Below, piece after piece: positions 17,433 to 28,120 of a stretch of DNA of 64,000 nt. The DNA lies in contig CBEUCH010000007.1 of the NCBI GenBank assembly GCA_965541585.1, forward strand, positions 32,001 through 96,000, read 5' to 3'. A program made the position numbers and the translations under genes. This DNA is from an uncultured bacterium (GTDB lineage: Bacteria; Zixibacteria; MSB-5A5; UBA10806). The notes under the pieces were generated by a model. The model was given only the letters and a program-made list of their open reading frames with translations. It ran no database searches and had not been told where the DNA came from. Numbering within the stretch: the first letter of the stretch is position 1; each line of letters opens with the position of its first letter.

Positions 17433-17569
17433 ACGCCTCCGTACAAAGGACTGCTCTGAGAGCGGTTTGATAGCAATAGTGATTCTCCGATGCTATTTCC
17501 AGATGGCTGTGCCGATCTTGAATAACGTGATGATAACGATTTTCGAGTATTTTTTTTGAATCGTCTCAT
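17429..17569 (-). CDS. Possible 46-aa Ser/Arg-rich upstream ORF
   Basis: GAGGTGAGG RBS; stop overlaps the GT4 start (ATGA). Confidence 0.3.
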   Translation of the reverse strand: MRRFKKNTRKSLSSRYSRSAQPSGNSIGESLLLSNRSQSSPLYGGV

Positions 17570-17663
17570 GAATCCTCACCTCGGCTAACTGCCATATATA
17601 AAGGATGTAAATTGAAAATTCAACCGATTATAAGAACTCATTTGTTATAATTGCCACAAGGGC

Positions 17664-18845
17664 TCAGCTTGAGGGCCCTGAAATTATATCGGGGATATGA
17701 CGACTTTTTTGCAATACTCTTTCAGTTTTGCGCTCTTCTATAAGCATCTCATAGCCTTGAAATAACCCGTGGTTGATCCGGTTCCAGTTTTTTTGCGATG
17801 CGAACTCCAGGGCTCCGGCAGCCATTGAATTTCTCAGAGATTCGTTGGTAAGGAGTGCCTCCATCTTTTGCGCGAAATCTTCAGGATCGTTAGGTGCGGT
17901 TAAAAAGCCGGTTTCGCCGTCACGAATCAGGTCTCCGACTCCTCCCTCCGAAGCGCCTACGACCGGCAGTCCGGAGGCGGCGGCCTCCAGGACGACGTTA
18001 CCGAAAGATTCAGTTGTCGATGGGAATGCGAATATATCGGCCGAGGCGTATGCCCGGGAAAGCTGATCGCCCTGAAGATGACCGGCTAGAAAGGCATCAG
18101 GGGCTTCCTTCTCGATCTGCTTTCGCATCGGTCCGTCGCCGACAAAGACAAGCTTGTAAGCGACTTTTCTCTGAAGCAGGATCCGGTGCGCCTTCAGAAG
18201 AGTCTCAACATCCTTCTCCTTTACAAGCCGTCCGGTAAAAAGCGCCACCGGATCACCCTCCGGGGACCAGTGGTTTTTCAGGTCGCGATCGGCGAAAGAT
18301 GGGGAGAAGCGGTCCGGATCTATCCCGCGTTCCCAGAGTTTTAGGTTTGCGAATCCTCTGGATTTAAGTTCTCCTATGGTGGCCTCGGATGGGACAAAAC
18401 AGTTATCGCCCATATTATAGAACCACCTCAAGAATCTCCAGCCATACGGTTCGAACCAGCCAAACCCGTAATATTTGAGATAGGATACGAATCTCGTATG
18501 AAATGAATTAACGGCAGGTATACCGGCCTCAGCGGCATACCGGTAGGCGAAAAATCCGAGGAAGAAAGGACTGCATATATGAACTATATCAGGAGCAAAC
18601 TGCCTCAATGAGTATCTCAGATCGTGGAAAGCCGGCAAGGAAACCTTATATTTGGTGTATAACGGAAAGGGGACCGAAAGAACATGCACAACTTTGCCGG
18701 CCCAAGCCTCATCCGTTGGCAAAAAAGGAGAAAAGAACATATAATCGACTCCCTCCGCTTCCAGAGATTTCTGGAGATAGGAAAGGGTGTGGCTTACACC
18801 GTCCACCAGCGGGGGAAGTGATTCTGTGAAGTAGGCAACCTTCAT
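17664..18845 (-). CDS. Glycosyltransferase family 4 (glycolipid synthase-like)
   Basis: FTESLPPLVDGV, GRLVKEK, AYASADIFAFPSTTESFGNVVLEAAASGLPVV. Confidence 0.9.
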   Translation of the reverse strand: MKVAYFTESLPPLVDGVSHTLSYLQKSLEAEGVDYMFFSPFLPTDEAWAGKVVHVLSVPFPLYTKYKVSLPAFHDLRYSLRQFAPDIVHICSPFFLGFFAYRYAAEAGIPAVNSFHTRFVSYLKYYGFGWFEPYGWRFLRWFYNMGDNCFVPSEATIGELKSRGFANLKLWERGIDPDRFSPSFADRDLKNHWSPEGDPVALFTGRLVKEKDVETLLKAHRILLQRKVAYKLVFVGDGPMRKQIEKEAPDAFLAGHLQGDQLSRAYASADIFAFPSTTESFGNVVLEAAASGLPVVGASEGGVGDLIRDGETGFLTAPNDPEDFAQKMEALLTNESLRNSMAAGALEFASQKNWNRINHGLFQGYEMLIEERKTERVLQKSRHIPDIISGPSS

Positions 18846-18881
18846 CGCTATTTTTGATCATCCCGGCGACAGGGTCATCGA

Positions 18882-19970
18882 TTAATTCTTCAATCTCTCC
18901 ATTCTTTGAATAACTCCCTTAATCAGGAAAGGCAAGACGATAGTGGCATCGGCCTTAACCTCTGCATAAGAGCCGCCCTCCGATTCGGGGAGGAATTTTG
19001 CCCAGGAAACGCCCTCCTTATACGAGCATCCGGAAAGCCCGCCCCAGTGATCCGGCTCCGGGCAAATCCGCACACCGCGGGAGTAGAATTTTGATGTTAC
19101 CGGCATATTTTCAATGTGCATGAGATCGAAAAAGGGCGTGATTTGTTGAGCCCAATTGCGTGGAACTCCGCCACCAACCGTGAAAATGCTCAACGTTCCG
19201 TCGTGATTGTGAACTCTCCGGGCAAAATCATAAAGGTCCGCGAATGGGTTGAACGGCAGCGTAATCGTCTCATCGAAAGGACGGTTCTGGAAGCTCTCAC
19301 TCGCCGCTAACATCCTCGTGAGTAGATCCAGACAGAGTTCGCTATCGGTAAATGCGGGAACGTAAATGGGTATATCTGATTCAAAGGCCGCAGCCAGAAT
19401 GCTGCGCTCATCGGGATATTTCTCCCGTATAATCCGGCCGAGGCGCCGGTGAAAATCCGCCGATCCGGCTGGTGGAGTTTTCTCGTCAAGCGAGGGTATC
19501 AGCCGTTCGAAATTCTCGTTAATCATCTTCTGAAGATGATCGAATGAGGTCTCAAGTTCTATGGTATCATAAACACGGCACATCCCCTTGACGTACATTT
19601 CATCATCTGGCATATCAGGCGCTTTGTAATGGCTTTTCTCCATGCCCTCAATCAGGCCGTGAGTGATTAACGCGCCCGTACTGATCACTATATCGACGAG
19701 TTTTCTTTCAATCAATTCGCAGATGATCAGCCCTTGCTTGGCGACGGTAAGTGCTCCGCTTAGAGTCAGGATAGTGAGATCTCCCGGATCGCTGAACGTT
19801 TCGGTGAGAATCTCTGCCGCCTTGCCAAGCTGTCTTCCGCCAAAGGACGTTTTCTCCATAGCGGCCAGGGCCCGGTCGAAATCCTCTATTCCGGAGATAT
19901 CAACAGGTTCCAACGCCTCCAAGTTTTCCCCGCTGACAAAATCTTTTTTGCTTCTATTTTTCTTTTTCAT
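18882..19970 (-). CDS. Deoxyhypusine synthase-like protein
   Basis: STGALITH, PAFTDSE, GGGVPRNWAQQ, GGLSGCSYKEGVSWAK, DATIVLP. Confidence 0.9.
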   Translation of the reverse strand: MKKKNRSKKDFVSGENLEALEPVDISGIEDFDRALAAMEKTSFGGRQLGKAAEILTETFSDPGDLTILTLSGALTVAKQGLIICELIERKLVDIVISTGALITHGLIEGMEKSHYKAPDMPDDEMYVKGMCRVYDTIELETSFDHLQKMINENFERLIPSLDEKTPPAGSADFHRRLGRIIREKYPDERSILAAAFESDIPIYVPAFTDSELCLDLLTRMLAASESFQNRPFDETITLPFNPFADLYDFARRVHNHDGTLSIFTVGGGVPRNWAQQITPFFDLMHIENMPVTSKFYSRGVRICPEPDHWGGLSGCSYKEGVSWAKFLPESEGGSYAEVKADATIVLPFLIKGVIQRMERLKN

Positions 19971-20269
19971 TGTTCACGAAAAAACAATCGAGATTAATTT
20001 TATCGATTAACTGCAAGATAGTCCAACGGCTATGATCTTCACGGGGCGCAATAAAAGCCATTATCGAGGTTGAATCAAGAAAAAACAATCCTCTCCTCCA
20101 GAGACTTCGCATAGCCTCCATCGCGGGGGGGGGTAAAAAATATCGAATCGGGAAAATATTCATGGGCTGTTTGATCCGTTATGGTGTTTCCGGATGATCC
20201 GTACGGCTCGCCCCGCATGATTCCCTCCAAAAGAATTGACTGTGCCGGATATCTATCCTACTTTACAGC

Positions 20270-22534
20270 ATGAACAGAGGGCTCTCTTACATTGTCTTCG
20301 GATGTTTCCTGATTAACGCCGGTATGGTGCGGAGCGAGGGTGATCTCAGATGGCCCATGAAACTCCGGCCCGAACTGACATCGAGATTCTGTGACTATCG
20401 TGCGGGCCATTTCCATGCCGGCCTGGATATCCGCACAAAAGGGAAAACAGGTTATCGCGTCTATGCCGCAGGCGACGGCTATATCTACCGTATTACTACG
20501 TCGTTAAAGGGTTACGGCAGGGGGCTCTATCTAAAACTGGGGGATGGACGCATAGCTGTATACGGCCATCTTTTGAAGTTCGAAGATAAACTTAACGAAG
20601 AGGTTCGTAAATTGCAGATGAGCGAACGGCGCTATAATCAGAATCTCTTTTTCAAGCCCGACGAATATCCTGTCAGGAAAGGCCAGGTAATTGGATATTC
20701 CGGTTCATCCGGCGCAAAAGCACCGCATCTTCATTTCGAAATTCGATCCGCCGGCAATAATCCATTGAATCCCTTGAAATACGGTTTTCCAATTGAGGAT
20801 AACCGGTCGCCGGTATTCGAAAAGTTGGCCGTTCGCCATTACAAAGCGGGATTTGTCCCCGGCAATCCCAGCGATATTGAAATAATTAATGTTGCCAGGG
20901 GAAGCGGCCCCGATGAGTATGTGATAGCGGACACCGTGGTCAGCGCCGAATATGTGGCGCTGGCTGTGTCTGGAGGAGATCGGATTGATGGCAAAAAATT
21001 CCAATACGGGTTCTACAGCCTGAAGCTTCTGGTGGATGACGATGTCTTATTCTCGATGATCTCCGACAGCATCACCTATGAGACTACCGGTCAGCTTGAA
21101 TATATCCGCGACATGGATTTGACCGGAATAGTCGGCCATAAAAAAGATAAAGATAACGATGAGAACATCTTCTTTAAGCTTTATGTCCCGCCTAACAGTC
21201 GGCAGTATTTCTGGAGTGATCTCGGTTCCGGAGCCGGTGTCATACCTGCAGGCGACTCACCCGGCCGGATCAGGCATGTGCGGATTGTCGCCTCAGACGA
21301 GGCCGGTAATGAAGCGAATTTGCGATTCGTTCTGAAGACGCCTGAGTTAGCTCCACCGGGGCCGGAATTTGTTTCATATTATCGATTTGGCGATACCGTT
21401 ATGGTGGATTTTATGACATTCGCCCGGGCAGATAACGCAAGGATGGAATACAGAAACTCAAACAGCGATCAGTATAAGGATATAAATTGCTCTGTTTCTA
21501 CCGGAACATTGAACAGTGGAAACGAAATCGCCTTTTTAAATACCCTGGTCGCGATTTCCCCGTATAGAAGCCGAGAATATCGTTTCGGCTTTTCCGACGT
21601 CGAGGGAAGCGTTTCGCCCTGGATATATTTTATCGACGGCGCCGGTAGAAAGAGGCTAAATCTGGAAGGATCACCCGACCACCTCAAAATAGAATATTTC
21701 CCTGATTCGATATATGCCGATTTATCAATTCTATTGGTAAATCAGTCGAAGACCTGGACCATGAAGATGAACCAGGCGGGGCTTCAAGCGTATAGCGTTG
21801 ACCTTAAAGGATATGACCTCTCAGGGCTAACAGACTTTGTCATACGGGGGGGCCAATCGTATCTCGTTGACTCGCTGATCGGATTAAATCCTGCGTATCC
21901 GGGGCGGAGGCTCAGTGCTTTTTCACCGGATTCAACCTTGACCGTTTCTTTTGATAAGAATTCATCATTTTTCCCGGCTTATATTTTTCCATCCAATGGT
22001 TCCCGGGTGAACATATTCGGAGGCGAAGCAATAGGCTATGAAATCGCACCCGCAAATTTGATCTCAGATTCTCCGATTAGATATACTTTCAATCTCGAAC
22101 TTCTTGGCCTCACTGGAAAGAAAATCGGCGCCTACGGTTATGCCGCTCATAATGATGCCTGGGGATTTATCGGCAGAGGGGATGGCTCGAGGATCGAAGT
22201 GCAGGGAGGTGGGCTCGGGAGGGTGGCGCTGATAGAGGACAACGATCCTCCTTCCATAAGTTATATCAGGCCGAAAGGCAAAATTAAGGCTCGCAGGCCT
22301 ATGCTATCATGCAAGATCAACGACAGTATCTCGGGGGTGGAATTAGATGGTGGATTGAGCATGAAAATAGATGGTATCTGGGTACCCGCGGATTTTGATT
22401 TAGGTACAAAAAAGTTCGCCTATAAGGTAAGAAACAATCTGAGGCCGGGTCGACACAAACTTGAGATCGTGGCGTATGACAGGCAGGGCAACCGAAAGGT
22501 CGTGACTAAATATTTCACCATCCTGAGGAATTGA
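20270..22534 (+). CDS. M23-family metallopeptidase with long C-terminal extension
   Basis: HFHAGLD, YGHL, GYSGSSG..APHLHFEIR. Confidence 0.9.
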   Translation: MNRGLSYIVFGCFLINAGMVRSEGDLRWPMKLRPELTSRFCDYRAGHFHAGLDIRTKGKTGYRVYAAGDGYIYRITTSLKGYGRGLYLKLGDGRIAVYGHLLKFEDKLNEEVRKLQMSERRYNQNLFFKPDEYPVRKGQVIGYSGSSGAKAPHLHFEIRSAGNNPLNPLKYGFPIEDNRSPVFEKLAVRHYKAGFVPGNPSDIEIINVARGSGPDEYVIADTVVSAEYVALAVSGGDRIDGKKFQYGFYSLKLLVDDDVLFSMISDSITYETTGQLEYIRDMDLTGIVGHKKDKDNDENIFFKLYVPPNSRQYFWSDLGSGAGVIPAGDSPGRIRHVRIVASDEAGNEANLRFVLKTPELAPPGPEFVSYYRFGDTVMVDFMTFARADNARMEYRNSNSDQYKDINCSVSTGTLNSGNEIAFLNTLVAISPYRSREYRFGFSDVEGSVSPWIYFIDGAGRKRLNLEGSPDHLKIEYFPDSIYADLSILLVNQSKTWTMKMNQAGLQAYSVDLKGYDLSGLTDFVIRGGQSYLVDSLIGLNPAYPGRRLSAFSPDSTLTVSFDKNSSFFPAYIFPSNGSRVNIFGGEAIGYEIAPANLISDSPIRYTFNLELLGLTGKKIGAYGYAAHNDAWGFIGRGDGSRIEVQGGGLGRVALIEDNDPPSISYIRPKGKIKARRPMLSCKINDSISGVELDGGLSMKIDGIWVPADFDLGTKKFAYKVRNNLRPGRHKLEIVAYDRQGNRKVVTKYFTILRN

Positions 22535-22537
22535 CGA

Positions 22538-23230
22538 ATGCTCCCGCTTAAAGATAACATCCCCACATCGAGGTTCCCTTTGGTCACGGTGGGCCTGATA
22601 GCGATCAACGTGATCATTTTTATTATAATCTATATCTTCGGCTTCGGGGGGAAAGAGCTGTTTCTCCGGTATGGCTTTGTTCCGTATAATGTTATCACTG
22701 CCGGAGGATGGAGCGGCGAGGGTCCTTTGATTGCGGGATTTAGCATCCTCAGCTCGCAGTTTCTGCATGGCGGATTGTTTCATATTGCGGGAAATATGCT
22801 CTTTTTATGGATATTCGGTAACAATATAGAGGATAGAATGGGAAGGATGAGATTTATCGCCTTCTATCTGCTCTGCGGAGTTGTCGGGGGAATCGCGCAG
22901 ATTATTCCCGATCCCCGCTCCCTGGTTCCAGTGATCGGAGCGTCGGGAGCGGTGGCCGGCGTGATGGGGGCGTATCTGCTCGAATTCCCCAGGGCCAGGG
23001 TATTAACACTTATCTGGATACTGTTTTTTATTCGCCTGATATGGCTTCCGGCCTTTCTTATTATCTTATATTGGATAGCACTCCAGGTTTTCTTTCAACT
23101 CAGTTCCGGCGGCCAGAACGGTGGAATAGCCTATATGGCTCATATCGGAGGCTTTGCGGCCGGGCTTGTTTTTTTCCGGTTATTCCTTCTTTTTGGCGGG
23201 AGGAAGGCTACCCTCTGGCGCGAAAAATGA
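22538..23230 (+). CDS. Rhomboid intramembrane serine protease
   Basis: FLHGG..HIAGNM, IGASGA, AHIGGF. Confidence 0.95.
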   Translation: MLPLKDNIPTSRFPLVTVGLIAINVIIFIIIYIFGFGGKELFLRYGFVPYNVITAGGWSGEGPLIAGFSILSSQFLHGGLFHIAGNMLFLWIFGNNIEDRMGRMRFIAFYLLCGVVGGIAQIIPDPRSLVPVIGASGAVAGVMGAYLLEFPRARVLTLIWILFFIRLIWLPAFLIILYWIALQVFFQLSSGGQNGGIAYMAHIGGFAAGLVFFRLFLLFGGRKATLWREK

Positions 23231-23271
23231 AATTGTCTTGATTGTCTCAAGGCGATTGATCTTATTAAGCC

Positions 23272-23556
23272 ATGAGCGATGAGCGTAAAAAGAGATGCGC
23301 AAAGTGCGGCAAGCGAATCAAAAAAGGCGGAGCGGCATATTGGCTGAAGGCAGAGCTTGTCTCTGCATTCGATGGTCATATCAATTTTGACGAAAAGACG
23401 GATCTTAAGGATTATATCGATAAGGTAAAAGTTGAGCTCGAGGGTCAATCGCCTGAGGAAATCGAAGAGCAGATCTATAAGAAATTCGAATACCTGGTTT
23501 GCGTTAAATGCCGGGATGAACTTGATAGACTTTTATATGTAGAGGAAAACCGATGA
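23272..23556 (+). CDS. Small hypothetical zinc-finger-like protein
   Basis: CAKCG and CVKCR pairs; stop overlaps the dnaE start. Confidence 0.7.
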   Translation: MSDERKKRCAKCGKRIKKGGAAYWLKAELVSAFDGHINFDEKTDLKDYIDKVKVELEGQSPEEIEEQIYKKFEYLVCVKCRDELDRLLYVEENR

Positions 23557-26500
23557 GCCTGGCGCAATTCGTTCATCTTCATAATCACACCCAGTATTCG
23601 CTGTTAGACGGTGCCTGCAGGATCGATGATATGCTGGAAACGGCGGCCAGGATGAAAATGCCGGCTTTAGCCATCACCGATCACGGCAATCTCTTCGGGG
23701 CCATTGAATTCTATATAAAAGCCAAGAAACACAGGGTCAAACCGATTATCGGCATCGAGGCTTATGTGGCTCCCGGGAGCCGGTTCGAGCGTTCAGGCAT
23801 GAAAGGATTTACCGAATCGGGATTTCATCTGGTGCTTCTGGCGAAAAACCTGACCGGATACAATAATCTCATAAAACTGAGCACGGCCAGCTATCTGGAA
23901 GGTTTTTATCGTAAGCCACGAATGGATAAGGAAATTCTCAAAGAACATGGCGACGGTCTCATAGCGCTGTCAGCCTGCCTGCAGGGAGAGGTGGCGCGTA
24001 ATATTTATAACGATAGATACGATGAAGCCGAAAGAACTGTGAGGGAATATCTCGATATATTCGGCATGGATAATTACTTTCTGGAACTTCAGAATCACGA
24101 TCTTCCGGAAGAGGCCAAGACAGCCGCCGCTGTAAAGGAGATAGCATCGAAATTAGGTGTGGGATTGGTCGCCACCAATGATTGCCATTATATGAAGCGG
24201 GAGCACAGTGCAGCCCACGATGCTCTCCTGTGCATTCAGACGGGTAAACTGCTCTCCGACACTGACCGCATGAAATATACTACAGACCAGATATATTTCA
24301 AATCGGCAGAGGAGATGGCACAGTTATTTTCGGATACCCCGGAGGCGATAGACAATACTCTGAGGATAGCAGAAGGTTGCAGCCTGGATATCGAATTGTA
24401 CAAAAACAAAGTTCCCACGTTTCCTCTGCCGGAAGGATTCGAATCGCCTGAGAAATATCTGAGATATCTCTGTGAAATAGGCCTTCAGAAGAGATACCCT
24501 AAGGTAACATCGAGTCTCCAGGAGCGTCTCGACTACGAAATCGGGGTCATCAACAAAATGGGATACGCCGGCTATTTCCTGATAGTGCGCGATTTTGTAG
24601 AATTTGCCCGCAATCGCGGTATAAGGGTTGGACCGGGTCGAGGTTCTGCCGCGGGATCGATCGTCAGTTATTGTCTTAGCATCACCAACCTCGATCCCAT
24701 GGAATACGGTTTGCTTTTCGAGCGATTCTTGAATCCTGAGAGGATCAGCATGCCCGATATCGATATCGACTTCGCCGATCGCGGGCGCGACGAGGTGATC
24801 GATTACGTTACGAACAAATACGGTCGAGAAAGCGTCGCCCAGATAATTACGTTCGGCAGTATGGCGGCTCGGGCTGTGGTCAGGGACGTCGGCCGGGTGA
24901 TGTCGATGCCATATGCCGAGGTCGACGCTATCGCCAAAATGATCCCCTTTGAAGTGGATATGACTCTCGAAAAGGCATTGAACAGAAAGGATTCCGAACT
25001 TGGCCGCCGCTATAAAGATGAAGAGGACATCAAGACTTTGATAGAATACTCTCGTGTGCTGGAGGGTCTCTCGCGGCATGCCTCGACTCACGCGGCAGGA
25101 GTTGTGATCGCGCCCGGCCCCATAACCGATTATGCTCCTCTTTATAAATCAAGCAAAGATGAGATCACTACCCAGTATGATATGAGGTGGATAGAGGCCA
25201 TCGGGCTCTTAAAGATGGATTTTCTGGGGCTCCGAACATTGACGGTGATCGACGATTGCCTGAAACTGTTGAAAAAACGCGATATTAAAATCGATATAGA
25301 CAAGATTACTCTTACCGACCCGGAGGTCTATAAGCTATTCGCCAAGGCGGAGACGATCGGCATATTCCAGTTTGAATCGGGGGGAATGCGGGATTACCTC
25401 AAAAAGTTAAAGCCAACCAGGCTCGAGGATCTCACCGCCATGAACGCACTGTATCGCCCGGGGCCGCTGGATGCCAGAATGATAGATACTTATATCGAGT
25501 GCAAGTATGGAGAAAAAGAGATTAAATATGCGCATCCACTCCTGGAAACGATCTTGAAGCAAACTTACGGTGTTATCGTTTTTCAGGAACAGGTTCTGAA
25601 GATCGCACGGGAATTGGCAGGGTATACTCTCGGCGAGGCCGACATTCTTCGCAAGGCCATGGGGAAGAAACAAGCGGACGTCATGGCCGAACAAAAAGGC
25701 AAATTCATCAAGGGTGCGAAGGAAAGAGGTATTAAAGAGTCTGTGGCCGGGAAAATCTTCGATCAAATTGAAACCTTCGGGCGATACGGTTTTGTAAAAG
25801 CCCATTCGGCCAGCTACGCTTATATCGCCTTTCAGACCGCGCACCTGAAGGTCCACTATCCGGTTGAGTTCATGGCAGCCCTGATGACATCTGAAATGTC
25901 CGATACCTCCAGAATCATGGAATTGAGAAATGAGTGCCAGCGGATGGGGATGGAAATGAAGACCCCCGATATCAATCGTGGCGAGGGAGCGTTTTCTGTC
26001 GATGGCGAAACTATATTATTCGGATTGACGGCGGTTAAGAACGTGGGCGCCGGGGCCGTTTCGTCTATAGTTAAAGGCCGCGAGGAGGGGGGCGATTTCG
26101 AGGATCTTTTCGATTTCTGCACCCGCGTCGATCTGCGGCTGGTAAACAAAAAGACCATTGAGAATCTGGTCATGTCGGGTGCCATGGACAACCTGGGGCA
26201 AAACAGGGCAACATTGATGGGAGGTGTGGAAATGGCCATCTCTCACGGATCAGCAATTCAGAGAGAAATAGAGAGTGGACAATCCACTTTATTCGGAGAA
26301 ATGGACACTTCGTCCGCACCAAAGCATAAACTTCCGGATGCTCAACCCTGGTCGGAAGCGGAGATCCTGGCCAGGGAAAAGGAATCCCTGGGATACTGGA
26401 TATCAGGGCATCCTATCGACCCTCATAGACATATTTATGAATGTTTTGTCGACTTGAGCCTGGCAGATCTCGCCAAAGCCACAGACGGTCGCAAGGCCAC

Positions 26501-26999
26501 CGTGGGTGGGGTATTGACGAAGGTGAAAATCCAGACCAGCAGCAGAGGAAACCTCTTTGCAATTCTAACCCTGGAAGATTATTCCGGACCGGGGGGGGAG
26601 GTTCTGATTTTCTCAGATATTGTTGAGAAGAGAAGAATGATCCTGACCGAAGGCAACACTGTAATAGTCTTTGGCACTGTAACAGTTCGTGAGGGAGAAA
26701 AACCGAAAATAAGGGGCGATGATCTGACTCTCATGTCGGCGGCACCCCGGGAATATGCCACTGCACTTGAGGTTACCCTGGCCGATGATATTGAAGAGAA
26801 TATTCCGGAAGTTATTGAAAAACACTTCTCCCAGAATGCCGGAAACAGCGAGATCCATATCCATTATACCGGGAACAGCCGTAAGGTCGTTTTCAAATCA
26901 ACCAGATACAGGGTTAACCCGTCATCCCAACTTCTTGAAAGGCTCAAGGGAATTCTAGGCCTGGATAGAGTCAGGCTTATCAGATTGAGGGGCAGATAG
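23553..26999 (+). CDS. dnaE: DNA polymerase III alpha subunit
   Basis: FVHLHNHTQYSLLDG PHP domain, GPGRGSAAGS, SMPDIDIDF, KMDFLGL. Confidence 0.98.
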   Translation: MSLAQFVHLHNHTQYSLLDGACRIDDMLETAARMKMPALAITDHGNLFGAIEFYIKAKKHRVKPIIGIEAYVAPGSRFERSGMKGFTESGFHLVLLAKNLTGYNNLIKLSTASYLEGFYRKPRMDKEILKEHGDGLIALSACLQGEVARNIYNDRYDEAERTVREYLDIFGMDNYFLELQNHDLPEEAKTAAAVKEIASKLGVGLVATNDCHYMKREHSAAHDALLCIQTGKLLSDTDRMKYTTDQIYFKSAEEMAQLFSDTPEAIDNTLRIAEGCSLDIELYKNKVPTFPLPEGFESPEKYLRYLCEIGLQKRYPKVTSSLQERLDYEIGVINKMGYAGYFLIVRDFVEFARNRGIRVGPGRGSAAGSIVSYCLSITNLDPMEYGLLFERFLNPERISMPDIDIDFADRGRDEVIDYVTNKYGRESVAQIITFGSMAARAVVRDVGRVMSMPYAEVDAIAKMIPFEVDMTLEKALNRKDSELGRRYKDEEDIKTLIEYSRVLEGLSRHASTHAAGVVIAPGPITDYAPLYKSSKDEITTQYDMRWIEAIGLLKMDFLGLRTLTVIDDCLKLLKKRDIKIDIDKITLTDPEVYKLFAKAETIGIFQFESGGMRDYLKKLKPTRLEDLTAMNALYRPGPLDARMIDTYIECKYGEKEIKYAHPLLETILKQTYGVIVFQEQVLKIARELAGYTLGEADILRKAMGKKQADVMAEQKGKFIKGAKERGIKESVAGKIFDQIETFGRYGFVKAHSASYAYIAFQTAHLKVHYPVEFMAALMTSEMSDTSRIMELRNECQRMGMEMKTPDINRGEGAFSVDGETILFGLTAVKNVGAGAVSSIVKGREEGGDFEDLFDFCTRVDLRLVNKKTIENLVMSGAMDNLGQNRATLMGGVEMAISHGSAIQREIESGQSTLFGEMDTSSAPKHKLPDAQPWSEAEILAREKESLGYWISGHPIDPHRHIYECFVDLSLADLAKATDGRKATVGGVLTKVKIQTSSRGNLFAILTLEDYSGPGGEVLIFSDIVEKRRMILTEGNTVIVFGTVTVREGEKPKIRGDDLTLMSAAPREYATALEVTLADDIEENIPEVIEKHFSQNAGNSEIHIHYTGNSRKVVFKSTRYRVNPSSQLLERLKGILGLDRVRLIRLRGR

Positions 27000-27324
27000 T
27001 CCACTTTTGATCTGACGCCGGGTTTACATAATCTATAAGTACATCACCTTGAAAGATCTTTCTTACCGGTCATGATCTGCAGGAAACAAAGATCGGTGAA
27101 TTGTGGTTTCTTTTAACAACATGTATGCACGTATGAAGGACAGAAAGAAAGGATTGCTTTTCGCCGGGCTTGTATTATCTTGATTCTTGAATTGGCGTTG
27201 ATGCGTTTAAGTCTTCGACAGAAGCTTCGATTCAGCCCTTGGAATTCGAGCCGATAAGGAACTAAATGGCTCAATCCCGGCGTATAATTTAAGAAAGTGG
27301 AATTTGGCAACCGAGGAGCAAACA

Positions 27325-27864
27325 ATGTGGATTAGGCGATTAATAGCAATAGCAGCACTGCTGGCCGTAGGATTAGTATTCTCAACCGTCTCCGGTGTCA
27401 CGGATCCGTCTAAATCAACAGATAAGCCGGAAGGCAAAAAGGAATTTAACTGGCTGAAATTTGATGAAGGGCTGCAGCAGGCATCGAAAAATGACAAAAT
27501 GATTTTCGTCGACGTCTACACAAATTGGTGTGGATTTTGTAAGAAGATGGATAGGGAGACGTTTTCTGATAAGATGATCATGAATTATCTTGACGAGCAT
27601 TTTGTGCTGGTGAAATTGAACGCCGAGTCAAAAAAGAAAATGGTTTTACCTGACGGTTCTCTCAGCGGGAGACAAATATCGAGGTCTTTTGCAGTCAGGG
27701 GATACCCGACATACGTGTTTCTGAATTCGAATGGCAAGAAATTGTATTCCAGATCGGGTTATCAACCGCCAAACAGCTTTATTTATCTTCTTCGATACGT
27801 GGCGGAGGGTCACTATGAGTCGAAATCTTTGCGGGAGTACATAACTGAAGTTTCCACCAACTGA
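27325..27864 (+). CDS. Exported thioredoxin-fold protein (SoxW/DUF255-like)
   Basis: Signal peptide, WCGFCKKM, VRGYPT; GAGGAG before ATG 27325. Confidence 0.85.
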   Translation: MWIRRLIAIAALLAVGLVFSTVSGVTDPSKSTDKPEGKKEFNWLKFDEGLQQASKNDKMIFVDVYTNWCGFCKKMDRETFSDKMIMNYLDEHFVLVKLNAESKKKMVLPDGSLSGRQISRSFAVRGYPTYVFLNSNGKKLYSRSGYQPPNSFIYLLRYVAEGHYESKSLREYITEVSTN

Positions 27865-28120
27865 GATGATCAGTGGATAGCTTTTCAATTTTATCCCCGG
27901 CAGCCGCTTCCGGCCTCCGGGGAATTTTGTCAGCAGATCAAAAAAACACAGCTCTTTGATAGCGAACAGGAACGAATTCTCGACAAGAACGTATATCGAT
28001 TATGCGTTCAGGGATCGTCGCATTTGTATAAAGCTAGCACTTTCCGGGTGATGATATTTCAATTGTCTGGGGAACAATGACGATGACTAAAGTGGTTGAA
28101 TTTTAGGGCGGAATAATATA

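Noticed and set aside
23553..26999. Intein in dnaE, or frameshift at the G8 tract at 26591-26598
   Set aside because: Length is ordinary for DnaE, no intein motifs seen, and the frame continues through the tract.
27000..28120. Structured ncRNA or riboswitch in the intergenic regions flanking the thioredoxin gene
   Set aside because: No recognisable tRNA, tmRNA, RNase P, SRP or riboswitch motifs by eye; an Rfam scan would be needed to exclude them.
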